From NCBI RefSeq assembly GCF_000014265.1, contig NC_008312.1, forward strand, positions 3,360,001-3,392,000: DNA of 32,000 nt, read 5' to 3'. Positions 1 to 8,522 of this stretch are shown here, one piece after another (the stretch's first letter is position 1; each line of letters begins with the position of its first letter). The position numbers were made by a program, and so were the translations under genes. Below the pieces are notes generated by a model. That model ran no database searches. It was not told where the DNA came from and worked only from the letters and a program-made list of their open reading frames with translations. Source of the DNA: Trichodesmium erythraeum IMS101. Its GTDB lineage: Bacteria > Cyanobacteriota > Cyanobacteriia > Cyanobacteriales > Microcoleaceae.

Positions 1-1132
1 CCATTTGTACAGTCATTCTAATTGCAGTTTCTTCAACATCAGCAACCTCTACTTTTTGCATCCATTTTTCTACTAATTTTCTCCCATTAGAATCTATAGT
101 TAATTCAGTGCCACAAATACAACGTTGTTTTTCTAATAACTGTTGAACAAACTGCCGATTAATTCCTGTAAGTAACTCACCTTTTTCCTTTAAATGACTA
201 AATAATTCTCGAAATTCTACTATTGCTTCTGATAAAAAAACCATATAACCACGAGTTGATATAGCTCTTTTTAAACTCTGATTTGCTTGTACTATTTGTT
301 CTTTTATTTCCCCAATACGAACCTTTAATTTGTCTCTTTGTTGAGGCAATCCTTCTGCACCTTTAAAATCTAACAAACGACTATTAATTTCTTTTTTAAA
401 TTTTCCATGATGTTGTAATTCTTGATCTATTTCTTGTTGGCGTTTTGATAATTTATAAATTTCCTGTTCAATTTTACTTTTTTCTTTCAAGAACTTTTTA
501 GTCTCTGGATTCCCAATCAATCTTAAATCAGTTTCTAGGGATTTTTTAGCTTCCCCTAAATGTCTAACAGAACGATTTAATACTTCAATTCCTAATAATT
601 CCTTAGTAGCTTCTGCAATTTCACTTTTTTGGTTATCCCTAACAATATATTCAATTCTTTCACCGTCAAAAAAGAAATATCGATGTAAACTTTCTGGCAG
701 AATTCTACCAATAATATCATCAGGATGTTCTGGTGGTGGAGACCAACGTCCATCATCTCCAGCTATCTGCATATATAGCTCACTTTTGCCATGTTCAATT
801 TTATTTTCTTCGTTTCTATAAGCTCGACATAAACGCTTTGCTTGATAACGTTTATGATTATGTTCAAATATAATTTCTACCCAACAAGCAATAGCTTTAC
901 CCGCTTTTGCTTCTGTAATTGCTCGTTTATTTACCAATTGAGTTTCTGCAGCAAAAGCTGCACTAAATTTCTCATAAAGTACCCAGGTAAAAGCATTCAT
1001 GATAGTAGTTTTACCGGCACCATTGTTGCCATGAATAATTGTCGTATTTTGTTTCCCTGAAGCACAAATTATTTCTGGAGTTTTGCCATAAAACTGGCGA
1101 AAGTTACACAATATAATTGACACTAATTTCAT
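1..1132 (-). CDS. DndD/Rad50-like SMC-fold ATPase, N-terminal ~377 codons (gene continues beyond the left edge of the window)
   Basis: The minus-strand translation from ATG 1132..1130 stays open to position 1. It is partial, which is why it is absent from the ORF track. It reads MKLVSIILCNFRQFYGKTPEII..TIIHGNNGAGKTTIMNAFTWVLY (Walker A, ~1004..1030), then ..LHRYFFFDGERIEYI.., then ~150 aa of Lys/Glu-rich heptad coiled coil, then a Cys hook-like RCICGTEL. The plus-strand ORF 842..1060 is its antisense shadow. Confidence 0.75.
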   Translation of the reverse strand, partial: MKLVSIILCNFRQFYGKTPEIICASGKQNTTIIHGNNGAGKTTIMNAFTWVLYEKFSAAFAAETQLVNKRAITEAKAGKAIACWVEIIFEHNHKRYQAKRLCRAYRNEENKIEHGKSELYMQIAGDDGRWSPPPEHPDDIIGRILPESLHRYFFFDGERIEYIVRDNQKSEIAEATKELLGIEVLNRSVRHLGEAKKSLETDLRLIGNPETKKFLKEKSKIEQEIYKLSKRQQEIDQELQHHGKFKKEINSRLLDFKGAEGLPQQRDKLKVRIGEIKEQIVQANQSLKRAISTRGYMVFLSEAIVEFRELFSHLKEKGELLTGINRQFVQQLLEKQRCICGTELTIDSNGRKLVEKWMQKVEVADVEETAIRMTVQM

Positions 1133-1374
1133 TGTACTGCTTCCTTAATAATTTTGAGAATATCATCATTAATTCGAGGAGTTTTTTTATAAAGCCTGTC
1201 TTTTTCTAGTTGTAATACTCGGCCAATGATATACTTTACTTCTGGAGGTGCAGTAGTAATTGGTTCTTGAATATTATTTAGCTTACTTTGACTTTGAGCA
1301 TTGTATGTTGAATGCTTCTCTGAAAAAATATTTGATATGTTTATGATTCCTTTGTCTGAGTATTTTGAAGTCAT
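1129..1374 (-). CDS. Small hypothetical protein (81 aa from the ATG; 96 aa if TTG at 1419 is used), translationally coupled to the downstream ATPase
   Basis: This is the ORF-track frame 1129..1419. The first ATG at 1374 gives MTSKYSDKG...DDILKIIKEAVQ. Its TGA (1131..1129) overlaps the ATG (1132..1130) of the ATPase gene in an ATGA junction. I recognise no family for it. Confidence 0.45.
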   Translation of the reverse strand: MTSKYSDKGIINISNIFSEKHSTYNAQSQSKLNNIQEPITTAPPEVKYIIGRVLQLEKDRLYKKTPRINDDILKIIKEAVQ

Positions 1375-2589
1375 TTGAATTTTAATAATAAGTAATACCT
1401 CATGTTCTTTATGTACCAAATTTTTATCAAAGATGGCTACATATCATGCTCAAAAACTAAATCACACAATTTTTTAAAATATTTAGTGTAGCCTAAGTTA
1501 GGAGTTATATATGTGTAGCAATATTCACAATAAAATTCCTTTCATTCTCACAAGCCTAACTGCAAAAATCACTACTTGTACACTACTACCCCTAAATTAA
1601 TGAAATTGGAATCATTATACTGGGTTGCTAAGTATTAGTGGTAAGTATTACAGCACTTTTCAGATTTATGAGCCATACCTTCATAACCAAAAGAAAATCC
1701 TGTAGAGGCATTTTCCTGTAGAATACTATGTAAACATATTGAACAAAAAAAGGGCCATTTACTCTTATTCAAATCTACTGAAATGAAAACTGCTGTATGT
1801 ATATAAGTGGTAGGTATTATGTACATTGTTTTCAACAACAAATTTGGCTAAGGTTAAGAAATAGTATTTATAGGGTTAATTTAATTGAATACATTCAAGT
1901 TTTGTTAACAGATTTTAATTTGTATTGGCATAAAAAAGCTGGCTTCCTAATATACTAAAATCTTAATTGTAAAATTTTAGTAGCGGGAAAAATCAGGTGA
2001 TAACTGAATAAATACAGCAAAAAACAAGCACTTAGAAAAGTTGATAGGTTTTATCCTTTATCAAATATTTACTTTAACTATGTTTATCTATCGGGTTTTT
2101 AACTATTGTCTATAATTTGGTATGATATACAATTATCTCCTATTATCTATTTATTTTATGTTACTAGTATATAGAAAAATAGCTAACATCAGAAAAAATA
2201 CATTGGATAAACTGACTACTTATCTGGTTCTTAAACAAACAGATAGTAATATAAAATTTGAATGTATGATTTAAATGTATCAGGAATAATATCGAATCAT
2301 AACCCACTCCCAAGAGGGAAAATATTGCTCTATTTACCCTGTTTGCAGCGCAAATTTGCCCGGCACCCGAAATTTATACCTTTGAACCCATTCCGTCAAT
2401 TTTCCATAGCCTGCTTTTCAATGGAGAACTCTAGGACTTCAAAGGGAAACTTTTAATTGCAGTCTGGCTGACAAAACAAAGCAAGCTACTTTTACCTATG
2501 ATTCTAATATGTCAGTAATTTCTAGACGGTTGGCAGAGCTTGAGTCAGAAAACCTGATGGCTAATTGTTATTTACTCTTAATGCTTATT

Positions 2590-2911
2590 CTGGTGGAGTT
2601 AATTTACTAATCTTTACTCCGCCAGCCTACGATAATAGTTGCAATGATCCCATTCTTGTTAGTAGGTTAGGTATGGTTTTCTTGAGCTAACTATCAAACT
2701 GTGATATGTAGCTGATAGCTCCTTATTATCAACTATTGAAACTAAGGGTCAGGCTTATTCAGTAGTCTTAGCTTTCAACAACAACGATCATAATTATTGA
2801 ATTTTGGGAATAGTAAGAATACTTTTTCCCAGTATGAATTCACTAGTCTTCGTTCCTGATGGTACTACTATCATTAGTGGTAGCGACGATCATAGAATCA
2901 GATTTTACTAA
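2590..2911 (+). pseudogene. Decayed WD40-repeat gene fragment (about three blades, several in-frame stops)
   Basis: One plus-strand frame reads ..GFLELTIKL* YVADSSLLSTIETKGQAYSVVLAFNNNDHNY*ILGIVRILFPSMNSLVFVPDGTTIISGSDDHRIRFY*. The last blade (2831..2911) matches the canonical WD40 pattern xSVxFSPDGxxIxSGSxDxTIxLW. The upstream blades are progressively degraded. Confidence 0.45.
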
Positions 2912-3038
2912 GTATCATAGCTTGTTGCTCTCAGGAAATAGTTACCCCACAACAACCTTTAGAAGATATATAATTTTACTCCCCACAACATTGTACTAAA
3001 ATAAGAACGGCTATAACCAATACTAAAAAAATTACCCA

Positions 3039-3776
3039 ATGACACAATCAAATTTGCCAAAACAACAAAATTCTCCCATTATCTCTATCTTACTCTGGCT
3101 ATTATCAGCAACATATATCTACATTCTCCTACTTTCACCCCAAGATCAACTACTTCCTAACGGACCAATTTGGGCGGTTCAACCTGAAACTATTAAAGAA
3201 GTCATTGAGGTATCTATCAATTTTTTCTTCATTCTTCCCATCTTTAATGTTATTGGTATAAAATATATGGAAGCACCGATCGTACATCCTTGGTTAGAAA
3301 GTTTATTCAACTTTGCTGAAGCTTGGATATTTATGTTTCTTCCCCTCCTGCTTGTCGATCGCCGTGGTGGAGAACTTCCAAAAATCTTGATTTGGAGTAT
3401 GGCAATGTTCCTTACCAATACTTTCTTACTACCATACATGGCTTGGCGCAGCACTGCAACTGAACTTCCTATAGAGGAACAAATGAGTAAAGGTTTACTG
3501 GCGAAAATATTCGGTGTTGTCGGATTAATTATAGGCAGCATCGCTATAGTCTGGGGAATTTTCGCTAGACCAGAATTTGGCGATATCGCTACTAGGGGAA
3601 AATTTTTTATACAAAACTTTCAGAGCGATCGCCTCACCATTGCCTTTTGTGTAGATGTAATTTTATTTGCCATTTTTCAAGCAGTATTAATAGGAAATAT
3701 TGAACCGCCAGAAAGTGGCAAACGTTGGTTAAGATTTATACCATTTTGGGGATTAGCTGTTTGGCTAATTTTGTAG
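3039..3776 (+). CDS. Conserved hypothetical integral membrane protein (245 aa)
   Basis: ATG-initiated ORF with about 6-7 hydrophobic helices: IISILLWLLSATYIYILLL, FFFILPIFNVIGI, AWIFMFLPLLLV, ILIWSMAMFLTNTFLLPYMAW, IFGVVGLIIGSIAIVWGIFA, IAFCVDVILFAIFQAVLIG, FIPFWGLAVWLIL. No family name recognised. Confidence 0.7.
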   Translation: MTQSNLPKQQNSPIISILLWLLSATYIYILLLSPQDQLLPNGPIWAVQPETIKEVIEVSINFFFILPIFNVIGIKYMEAPIVHPWLESLFNFAEAWIFMFLPLLLVDRRGGELPKILIWSMAMFLTNTFLLPYMAWRSTATELPIEEQMSKGLLAKIFGVVGLIIGSIAIVWGIFARPEFGDIATRGKFFIQNFQSDRLTIAFCVDVILFAIFQAVLIGNIEPPESGKRWLRFIPFWGLAVWLIL

Positions 3777-4274
3777 AAGTTTTGCTTCTATATTGTGTCT
3801 CCCATTTTTAGTAGATTTAGGAAGTAGGTACTTGGGCAAAAAAGAGGTACAGTTTAATATAAATCTCCATTCCTTCTTTTCTGCTGTTTTATAAAACTGA
3901 TACAAAGGATCACATAACGTTATCAATTGATGTTTACTTCCTGCTTCTACTGAGGCTGTCGGTAGTTACTCATGCACACACATTCACGGTCGAGCTGACC
4001 CCATTTCTATTTTTTGTTTTTATGATGAAAATTGGCAAAACCCAGAAGAAACTTGCCCGCCAGCATTACATCAGGCTAAAATTGATTAAATAGCTTGACA
4101 CAAAAGTAATTTTATGATAGCTATTCACAATATCTAGAGGCGCAATATAAAAAATATTAAGATGTAGAAAAATCAAAAGGAAATTTCTGAAAATCAAATT
4201 TAATTAGAGGTTGTGATAAGAGCAAAAATATAAATTTTACATTTGTTAAATTCTATTGTTAAATTCTATTATAC

Positions 4275-4371
4275 TAAATCCGGCTTTTAAAACCACTTTA
4301 TAATCTTCGTTTAATTCTCTTTAACTATAAAGTTAAAGTCTAAAATAACAGGTTTATAAAAACCGGATTTA
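4275..4371. repeat. Long imperfect palindrome (nested hairpin) upstream of the HAD gene
   Basis: The outer arms TAAATCCGGCTTTTAAAACC and GGTTTATAAAAACCGGATTTA are near reverse complements. At the centre is a perfect 8-bp stem, CTTTAACT (4319..4326) / AGTTAAAG (4331..4338), with a 4-nt loop. Confidence 0.5.
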
Positions 4372-4460
4372 ATATTATTTGGGGGGTTTTTTTCCCTAGC
4401 AGAAATGATAATGATATAATTTGAATTAGTAAATTGACATTCAAGCAGTTGAGATATATC

Positions 4461-4958
4461 ATGTGGGTTTTCCTAGATATTGATGGAGTATTAGTACCAG
4501 AGAAAAAGTTTGATAAACGAGTATTACAAAAAGACATAATCAAGTTCGATCCAGGTTGTTTAAATGAATTTGAAAATGTCTTGCGTCGTTATCCGAAGAC
4601 TAAAATAGTTATATCCTCATCCTGGCGAGAAATGTATTCTCTGCAGAAAATTTCTAGCTTATTTTCACCGGATATTGGTATGCGTGTTATTGGAGTAACT
4701 CCATATTTACACCCGATAGTTATTGAAACAAATCAACATATTCGGCAGCAAGGAGTTTTGGAATATCTCAGACAAAAAAATGAGAAAAATCCACAGTGGG
4801 TAGCTATTGATGACATTGCTGAGTTCTATGAGCCAGGTAGTCCAGTTATTGTTACCGATGCTTATCATGGTTTTAATCATAATTCTGCCCAAATGCTCGA
4901 TCGCTATCTTGCCTCGTTTTGTGAGAAAATAACATCAGGTAATACTATTGGACAATAG
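4461..4958 (+). CDS. Small stand-alone HAD-superfamily phosphatase-like protein
   Basis: ORF-track frame 4434..4958 (TTG start). The first ATG at 4461 gives MWVFLDIDGVLVP.., which puts HAD motif I (DxDG) at the N-terminus as expected. This is followed by ..KIVISSSWRE.. and ..WVAIDDI.. The LDIDGVL...SSSWR combination resembles the small HAD proteins that computational surveys have linked to RNA-repair and phage contexts. Confidence 0.7.
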   Translation: MWVFLDIDGVLVPEKKFDKRVLQKDIIKFDPGCLNEFENVLRRYPKTKIVISSSWREMYSLQKISSLFSPDIGMRVIGVTPYLHPIVIETNQHIRQQGVLEYLRQKNEKNPQWVAIDDIAEFYEPGSPVIVTDAYHGFNHNSAQMLDRYLASFCEKITSGNTIGQ

Positions 4959-4964
4959 TTAAGG

Positions 4965-5945
4965 ATGCAAACTAACCAAAAACTTATCTTGCCAAAAATA
5001 GGTTGTGGTACATGGGCATGGGGTAACCGACTCCTGTGGGGATATGACGAAAGTATGGATAATGAACTGCAGAATGTCTTTAGCCTCTGTGTTAGTAATG
5101 GGGTAACCTTATTTGATACGGGCGACTCCTATGGAACTGGTAGATTAAATGGACGTAGTGAAATGCTGTTGGGAAAATTTTCTCAAGGATATATGGGTGC
5201 ATATCAGGATAATATTTGCATTGCCACAAAACTTGCAGCTTATCCTTGGAGGTGGAGAGCTAAAGCAATGATTTCGGCTTGTGCAGCATCTGCTCAACGT
5301 CTAGGTAAAAATGTTGATTTGGTACAGATGCATTGGTCTACTGCTAATTATTTTCCCTGGCAAGAATGGGGACTTTTGGATGGTTTAGCCGATCTGTATG
5401 AACAAGGAAAAGTTAAGGGAGTGGGGTTATCGAATTACGGACCGAAACAACTGAAAAAAGTTTATAAAAGGTTTAGCGATCGCGGGGTCCCAATTGCTAC
5501 TTTACAGGTTCAATATTCTCTGTTATCAACCTACCCAGTGACAGAATTGGGAGTCAAAGAAGTATGTGATGAATTAGGTATTAAACTAATTGCATATAGC
5601 CCTTTAGCTTTGGGAATATTAACAGGAAAATATTCAGAAAAAGGTTCTTATCCTAAAGGAATTAGAGGTATTTTATTTAAGCAAATATTGCCAGGCATTC
5701 GCCCATTATTATTATGTTTAGAAGCTGTGGCAAAATCAAGAAATAAAACTATGTCACAAGTAGCAATTAACTGGTGTGTTTCTAAAGGTACAATTCCTAT
5801 TCCAGGAGCCAAAAATCAAGTTCAAGCACAAGAAAATATTGGTGCTTTGGGTTGGGAGTTAGACTCTGGTGAAGTTGCAGAATTAGATAAGGCTGCTGCG
5901 AGTACAGGCAAGAAAATGGTGCAAAATATTTTTCAAACTCAGTAA
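4965..5945 (+). CDS. Aldo/keto reductase family oxidoreductase (326 aa)
   Basis: The translation has GCGTWAWG near the N-terminus, then LFDTGDSYG (Asp/Tyr region), ..IATKL.. (Lys), ..VQMHW.. (His) and ..IPIPGAKN.. near the C-terminus. This is the standard AKR catalytic-tetrad order and cofactor loop. Confidence 0.9.
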   Translation: MQTNQKLILPKIGCGTWAWGNRLLWGYDESMDNELQNVFSLCVSNGVTLFDTGDSYGTGRLNGRSEMLLGKFSQGYMGAYQDNICIATKLAAYPWRWRAKAMISACAASAQRLGKNVDLVQMHWSTANYFPWQEWGLLDGLADLYEQGKVKGVGLSNYGPKQLKKVYKRFSDRGVPIATLQVQYSLLSTYPVTELGVKEVCDELGIKLIAYSPLALGILTGKYSEKGSYPKGIRGILFKQILPGIRPLLLCLEAVAKSRNKTMSQVAINWCVSKGTIPIPGAKNQVQAQENIGALGWELDSGEVAELDKAAASTGKKMVQNIFQTQ

Positions 5946-6082
5946 CTTCTTTCTGAAAATAATTAATAATAATAAAAATTATTTAGATGTATGTCTTTCC
6001 CCTATTCATCTCTAATATCCCGTGGCGTTTAAACTACATTTCTCTCTGCAAATTCGCTGTTCTTCAAGTTTTATAGTTCATG

Positions 6083-6300
6083 GGATGACAACCTAGTTGA
6101 AAGTAATAATAGACTGGGTCTTTTGGAGATTCTTTTGGGGATAATATCCAATTGGTAGCGATCGCTCGAAAGAATATAGCAATTGTTTCCAAAGTTATAC
6201 AATTTAGATGATGGTGGTAAATTAGCACTAGGAATTTAGGGAGCTCATACCAATTCTCAAAAAGAAATCAAAGATGAGATTTTTTCTGAGCAGAAAATTA
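6083..6300 (+). pseudogene. Relic of a paralogue of the downstream methyltransferase gene
   Basis: 6191..6300 (AAAGTTATACAATTTAGATGATGGTGGTAAATTAGCACTAGGAATTTAGGGAGCTCATA...AAAGATGAGATTTTTTCTGAGCAGAAAATTA) aligns at roughly 80% identity with 7051..7163 of the intact gene and contains a TAG where the intact copy has CAG. Weaker similarity extends back to ~6083 (GATGACAACCTAGTTGAAAG versus GATATGACAGAGTTTGAAAC at ~6911). Confidence 0.55.
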
Positions 6301-6642
6301 TATAAAATTACATCCCCTCTTAAAAAATAGCTCCTGTTTCAATTCTTTCTGTTTTCTGCCTCCTACTTTCTAGTCGCCTATTTCTCTCACTCTTTATATA
6401 GGATTATTGCTATGGTAAGGTAAGAGTGATAAGATAGATATTTTAAGGGCTAAAACCCTACTGCAAACTATATACTTTTGGTTGAATTATTTGCTATTAA
6501 AAGTTTAAGTCTATTGCAATTACTAGTTTGCTTAAACTAGTCTAGGAGAGCCAAAAAAACTACTGATAATCTATTTATTTAGGTTTTGATAAATATACCC
6601 ATAAATTGGGTTGAGTTAAACATAATTGATGAGAATAAAGAA

Positions 6643-7347
6643 ATGATTAATGAGTATGTTGAGATAGCTAATTACTATGACAACGTATTGACAAGTGGAT
6701 ACTATGACTTTGATTCTCTTAGCAATACTTTGTACAATTTACTTGGTGCTAGAAGAAAGATTTTAGATATTGGCGTAGGAACTGGGTTACTTACTGAAAA
6801 AATGCTTTCTTTGGCAAACTATAAGATTGTTGGTGTTGATTTTTCTTCCCGAATGTTGGAAATTGCTAAGAAAAGATTGGCAATTTCAGATGTTAAGTTG
6901 ATTTGTCAAGATATGACAGAGTTTGAAACTGAGGAAAAGTTTGAAGCTATAGTTTCTACGGGAGGTGTTATTGCTGCTGTGGAAGAAGAAGGAGAATATA
7001 GAATTTATAGTCATATAACTGATCCAGAACAAAATAAGCAGTTGCTGGCAAAGTTACACAGTCAGTTAGATGATGGTGGATTATTAGCACTAGCAATTCA
7101 GGGACCTCATAATAATTATAAAAAGGAAATTAAAGATGAGATTTTTTATGAGCAGAAAATCAAGAAAGAGGGAAGTTATGTGGATAAGTGGTATGTTTTT
7201 TCTCAAGCTAATGGAGAAGTTCTTAAGGAACAATTTTGCCGTTTTTATTTTTTTGATGGAAAACAAACTAACCAAACTTTAATTGATGCTGGATTTCAGC
7301 AAGGATATCAGATTATTGATGGTAAGTTTTTGGTTAGTTACAAATAG
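6643..7347 (+). CDS. Class I SAM-dependent methyltransferase
   Basis: ORF-track frame 6586..7347 (TTG start), first ATG at 6643. Motif I is ILDIGVGTGLLTEKM (GxGxG), the acidic motif II is IVGVDFSSRML, and a later motif is DGGLLALAI. Confidence 0.8.
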   Translation: MINEYVEIANYYDNVLTSGYYDFDSLSNTLYNLLGARRKILDIGVGTGLLTEKMLSLANYKIVGVDFSSRMLEIAKKRLAISDVKLICQDMTEFETEEKFEAIVSTGGVIAAVEEEGEYRIYSHITDPEQNKQLLAKLHSQLDDGGLLALAIQGPHNNYKKEIKDEIFYEQKIKKEGSYVDKWYVFSQANGEVLKEQFCRFYFFDGKQTNQTLIDAGFQQGYQIIDGKFLVSYK

Positions 7348-7933
7348 TCTGCTAATATCTATTTAAGATGTATATTAGAAAGTCATAATTTCAGTTATAA
7401 TTTATCTGAATTATGATTTCTGTGAGATGGTATCAGTACTACTAAAAATGAGCGATCGCTTTTGGTTTTGATGGATATTTTTTATTGGTTGATTTTCATG
7501 ATGATTGTCTTTTTTTCAGAGATTAATTAATCACAAAATCTGGGTATAGTTTGTTTTTTTTGATGGAGCTTGACTTTTTGCTTTACTATTACTCTTATTC
7601 GGAAATAAGTGGCTTTTTATTGTGGTAGATTTTAATTCTGATATTAGGGCTTGAATTTTGACATTTTCTGAAGCTCAAGATTTTTTTTCGGCGGCGACTT
7701 TTTTTTTGCTTTTGCTTGACTTTTGTTTCCCTTGACTGGTATTATTATCATAATGGAAGTGGTGACACATTTAAAAATTTTGCTTCTATTCCCATTATCT
7801 TAATTATAGCTGTCAAATGCAAGACTTGTCAACTACTTTTACCCTCTTTTTTCAGAAAAATTTTCGAGAATATATAAAGTTACAGAAAGACAAAATGATC
7901 TTCTATTTGCTCGAAAGAAATCTGCTGTAAATT

Positions 7934-8431
7934 TTAGATACTAATTAAATTTAAATCAATATCCAACTTACCTATCGAAGTCAATTTAGCATAGCGTCCG
8001 TGGAGAGTTTCGTCAAAATTATCTCCTACACTAGAAAAACTCAAACAAACTTGTAAAAAATCTGGGGGATAATAAACTAACTTCTCAGCCCATTCAATGG
8101 CGAGAATACCTAAAGGTACTTCTAAACCTTCCCAATAAATCTCTAAATTTAGGGCTTCTATCTCTGAACTTTCTAAACGATATAAATCAAAATGATAAAG
8201 AGGAATTCTGCCAGAAAAATATTCATTAATTAATGTGAATGTGGGGCTATCAATTGTTTCAGTTATTCCCAAACCTATCCCAAGACCTTGAACTAATGTG
8301 GTTTTACCAGTACCTAAATTTCCCTCCAATAAAATTACACCACCAGCAGGTAAAAATTTTCCTAAACTTTTACCAAGGTTATAAGTAGCTGCTGCATTTC
8401 CTAGTGACAAAAATACTTCTTGACTTTTCAT
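7934..8431 (-). CDS. tsaE: tRNA threonylcarbamoyladenosine (t6A) biosynthesis ATPase TsaE (YjeE family)
   Basis: 165 aa with P-loop LLEGNLGTGKTTLVQGL, then ..SPTFTLINEY.. and ..LYHFDLYRL.., the hallmark TsaE/YjeE motif series. Confidence 0.9.
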   Translation of the reverse strand: MKSQEVFLSLGNAAATYNLGKSLGKFLPAGGVILLEGNLGTGKTTLVQGLGIGLGITETIDSPTFTLINEYFSGRIPLYHFDLYRLESSEIEALNLEIYWEGLEVPLGILAIEWAEKLVYYPPDFLQVCLSFSSVGDNFDETLHGRYAKLTSIGKLDIDLNLISI

Positions 8432-8453
8432 TTAATTCTTAATTGGTAATTTC

Positions 8454-8477
8454 AGTTATTAGTTATTAGTTATTAGT
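8454..8477. repeat. Heptamer microsatellite (AGTTATT)x3 plus a partial unit
   Basis: Direct reading of AGTTATTAGTTATTAGTTATTAGT in the spacer between the caspase-FGE gene and tsaE. It is followed by a ~45-nt purine-rich tract. Confidence 0.9.
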
Positions 8478-8522
8478 GAAAAAAAAACAGGGTAAAGGGC
8501 AAAAGGGGGAAAGAGAAAAGGG

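Noticed and set aside
2262-2456. 64-aa plus-strand ORF and the 68-aa minus-strand ORF at 1635..1841 in the ORF-poor region.
   Set aside because: Neither has motifs or an RBS, both have odd composition, and both lie in what looks like decaying DNA. I treat them as chance ORFs.
2400-2465. The sequence GTTTCCCTTTGAAGTCCTAGAGTTCTCCATTGAAAAG (minus strand) looks superficially like a cyanobacterial CRISPR repeat (GTTTCC...ATTGAAA).
   Set aside because: Only one copy is present. There are no regularly spaced repeats and no cas genes in the window, so there is no array.
3179-3541. Antisense or overlapping ORFs from the track: 842..1060, 3179..3541, 4340..4543, 4707..4892, 7090..7275, 10889..11122, 13140..13325, 13434..13682, 14552..14872, 15705..15956, 15865..16062, 17158..17346, 18053..18286, 18283..18492, 19905..20270, 21907..22113, 23353..23700, 24103..24294, 28169..28366, 29474..29665, 30132..30509.
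   Set aside because: Each lies inside a longer ORF, on the opposite strand or in another frame, that has clear family motifs. Their translations are low-complexity with no motifs. They are shadow ORFs typical of AT-rich DNA.
7348-7933. T-rich 590-bp convergent intergenic region with TTGAC-like boxes and a weak CTTGA..TCAAG stem followed by T8 (~7651..7688), considered as an sRNA or terminator.
   Set aside because: The stem is only 5 bp and AT-rich with a 19-nt loop. The promoter-like hexamers lack properly spaced -10 partners. The evidence is too weak to call.
8479-8522. ~45-nt polypurine tract (GAAAAAAAAACAGGGTAAAGGGCAAAAGGGGGAAAGAGAAAAGGG) between the caspase-FGE stop and tsaE.
   Set aside because: It could form triplex/H-DNA or act as a pyrimidine-rich leader for tsaE. 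However, it has no mirror symmetry or other supporting feature that I could verify, so it is probably just compositional bias.
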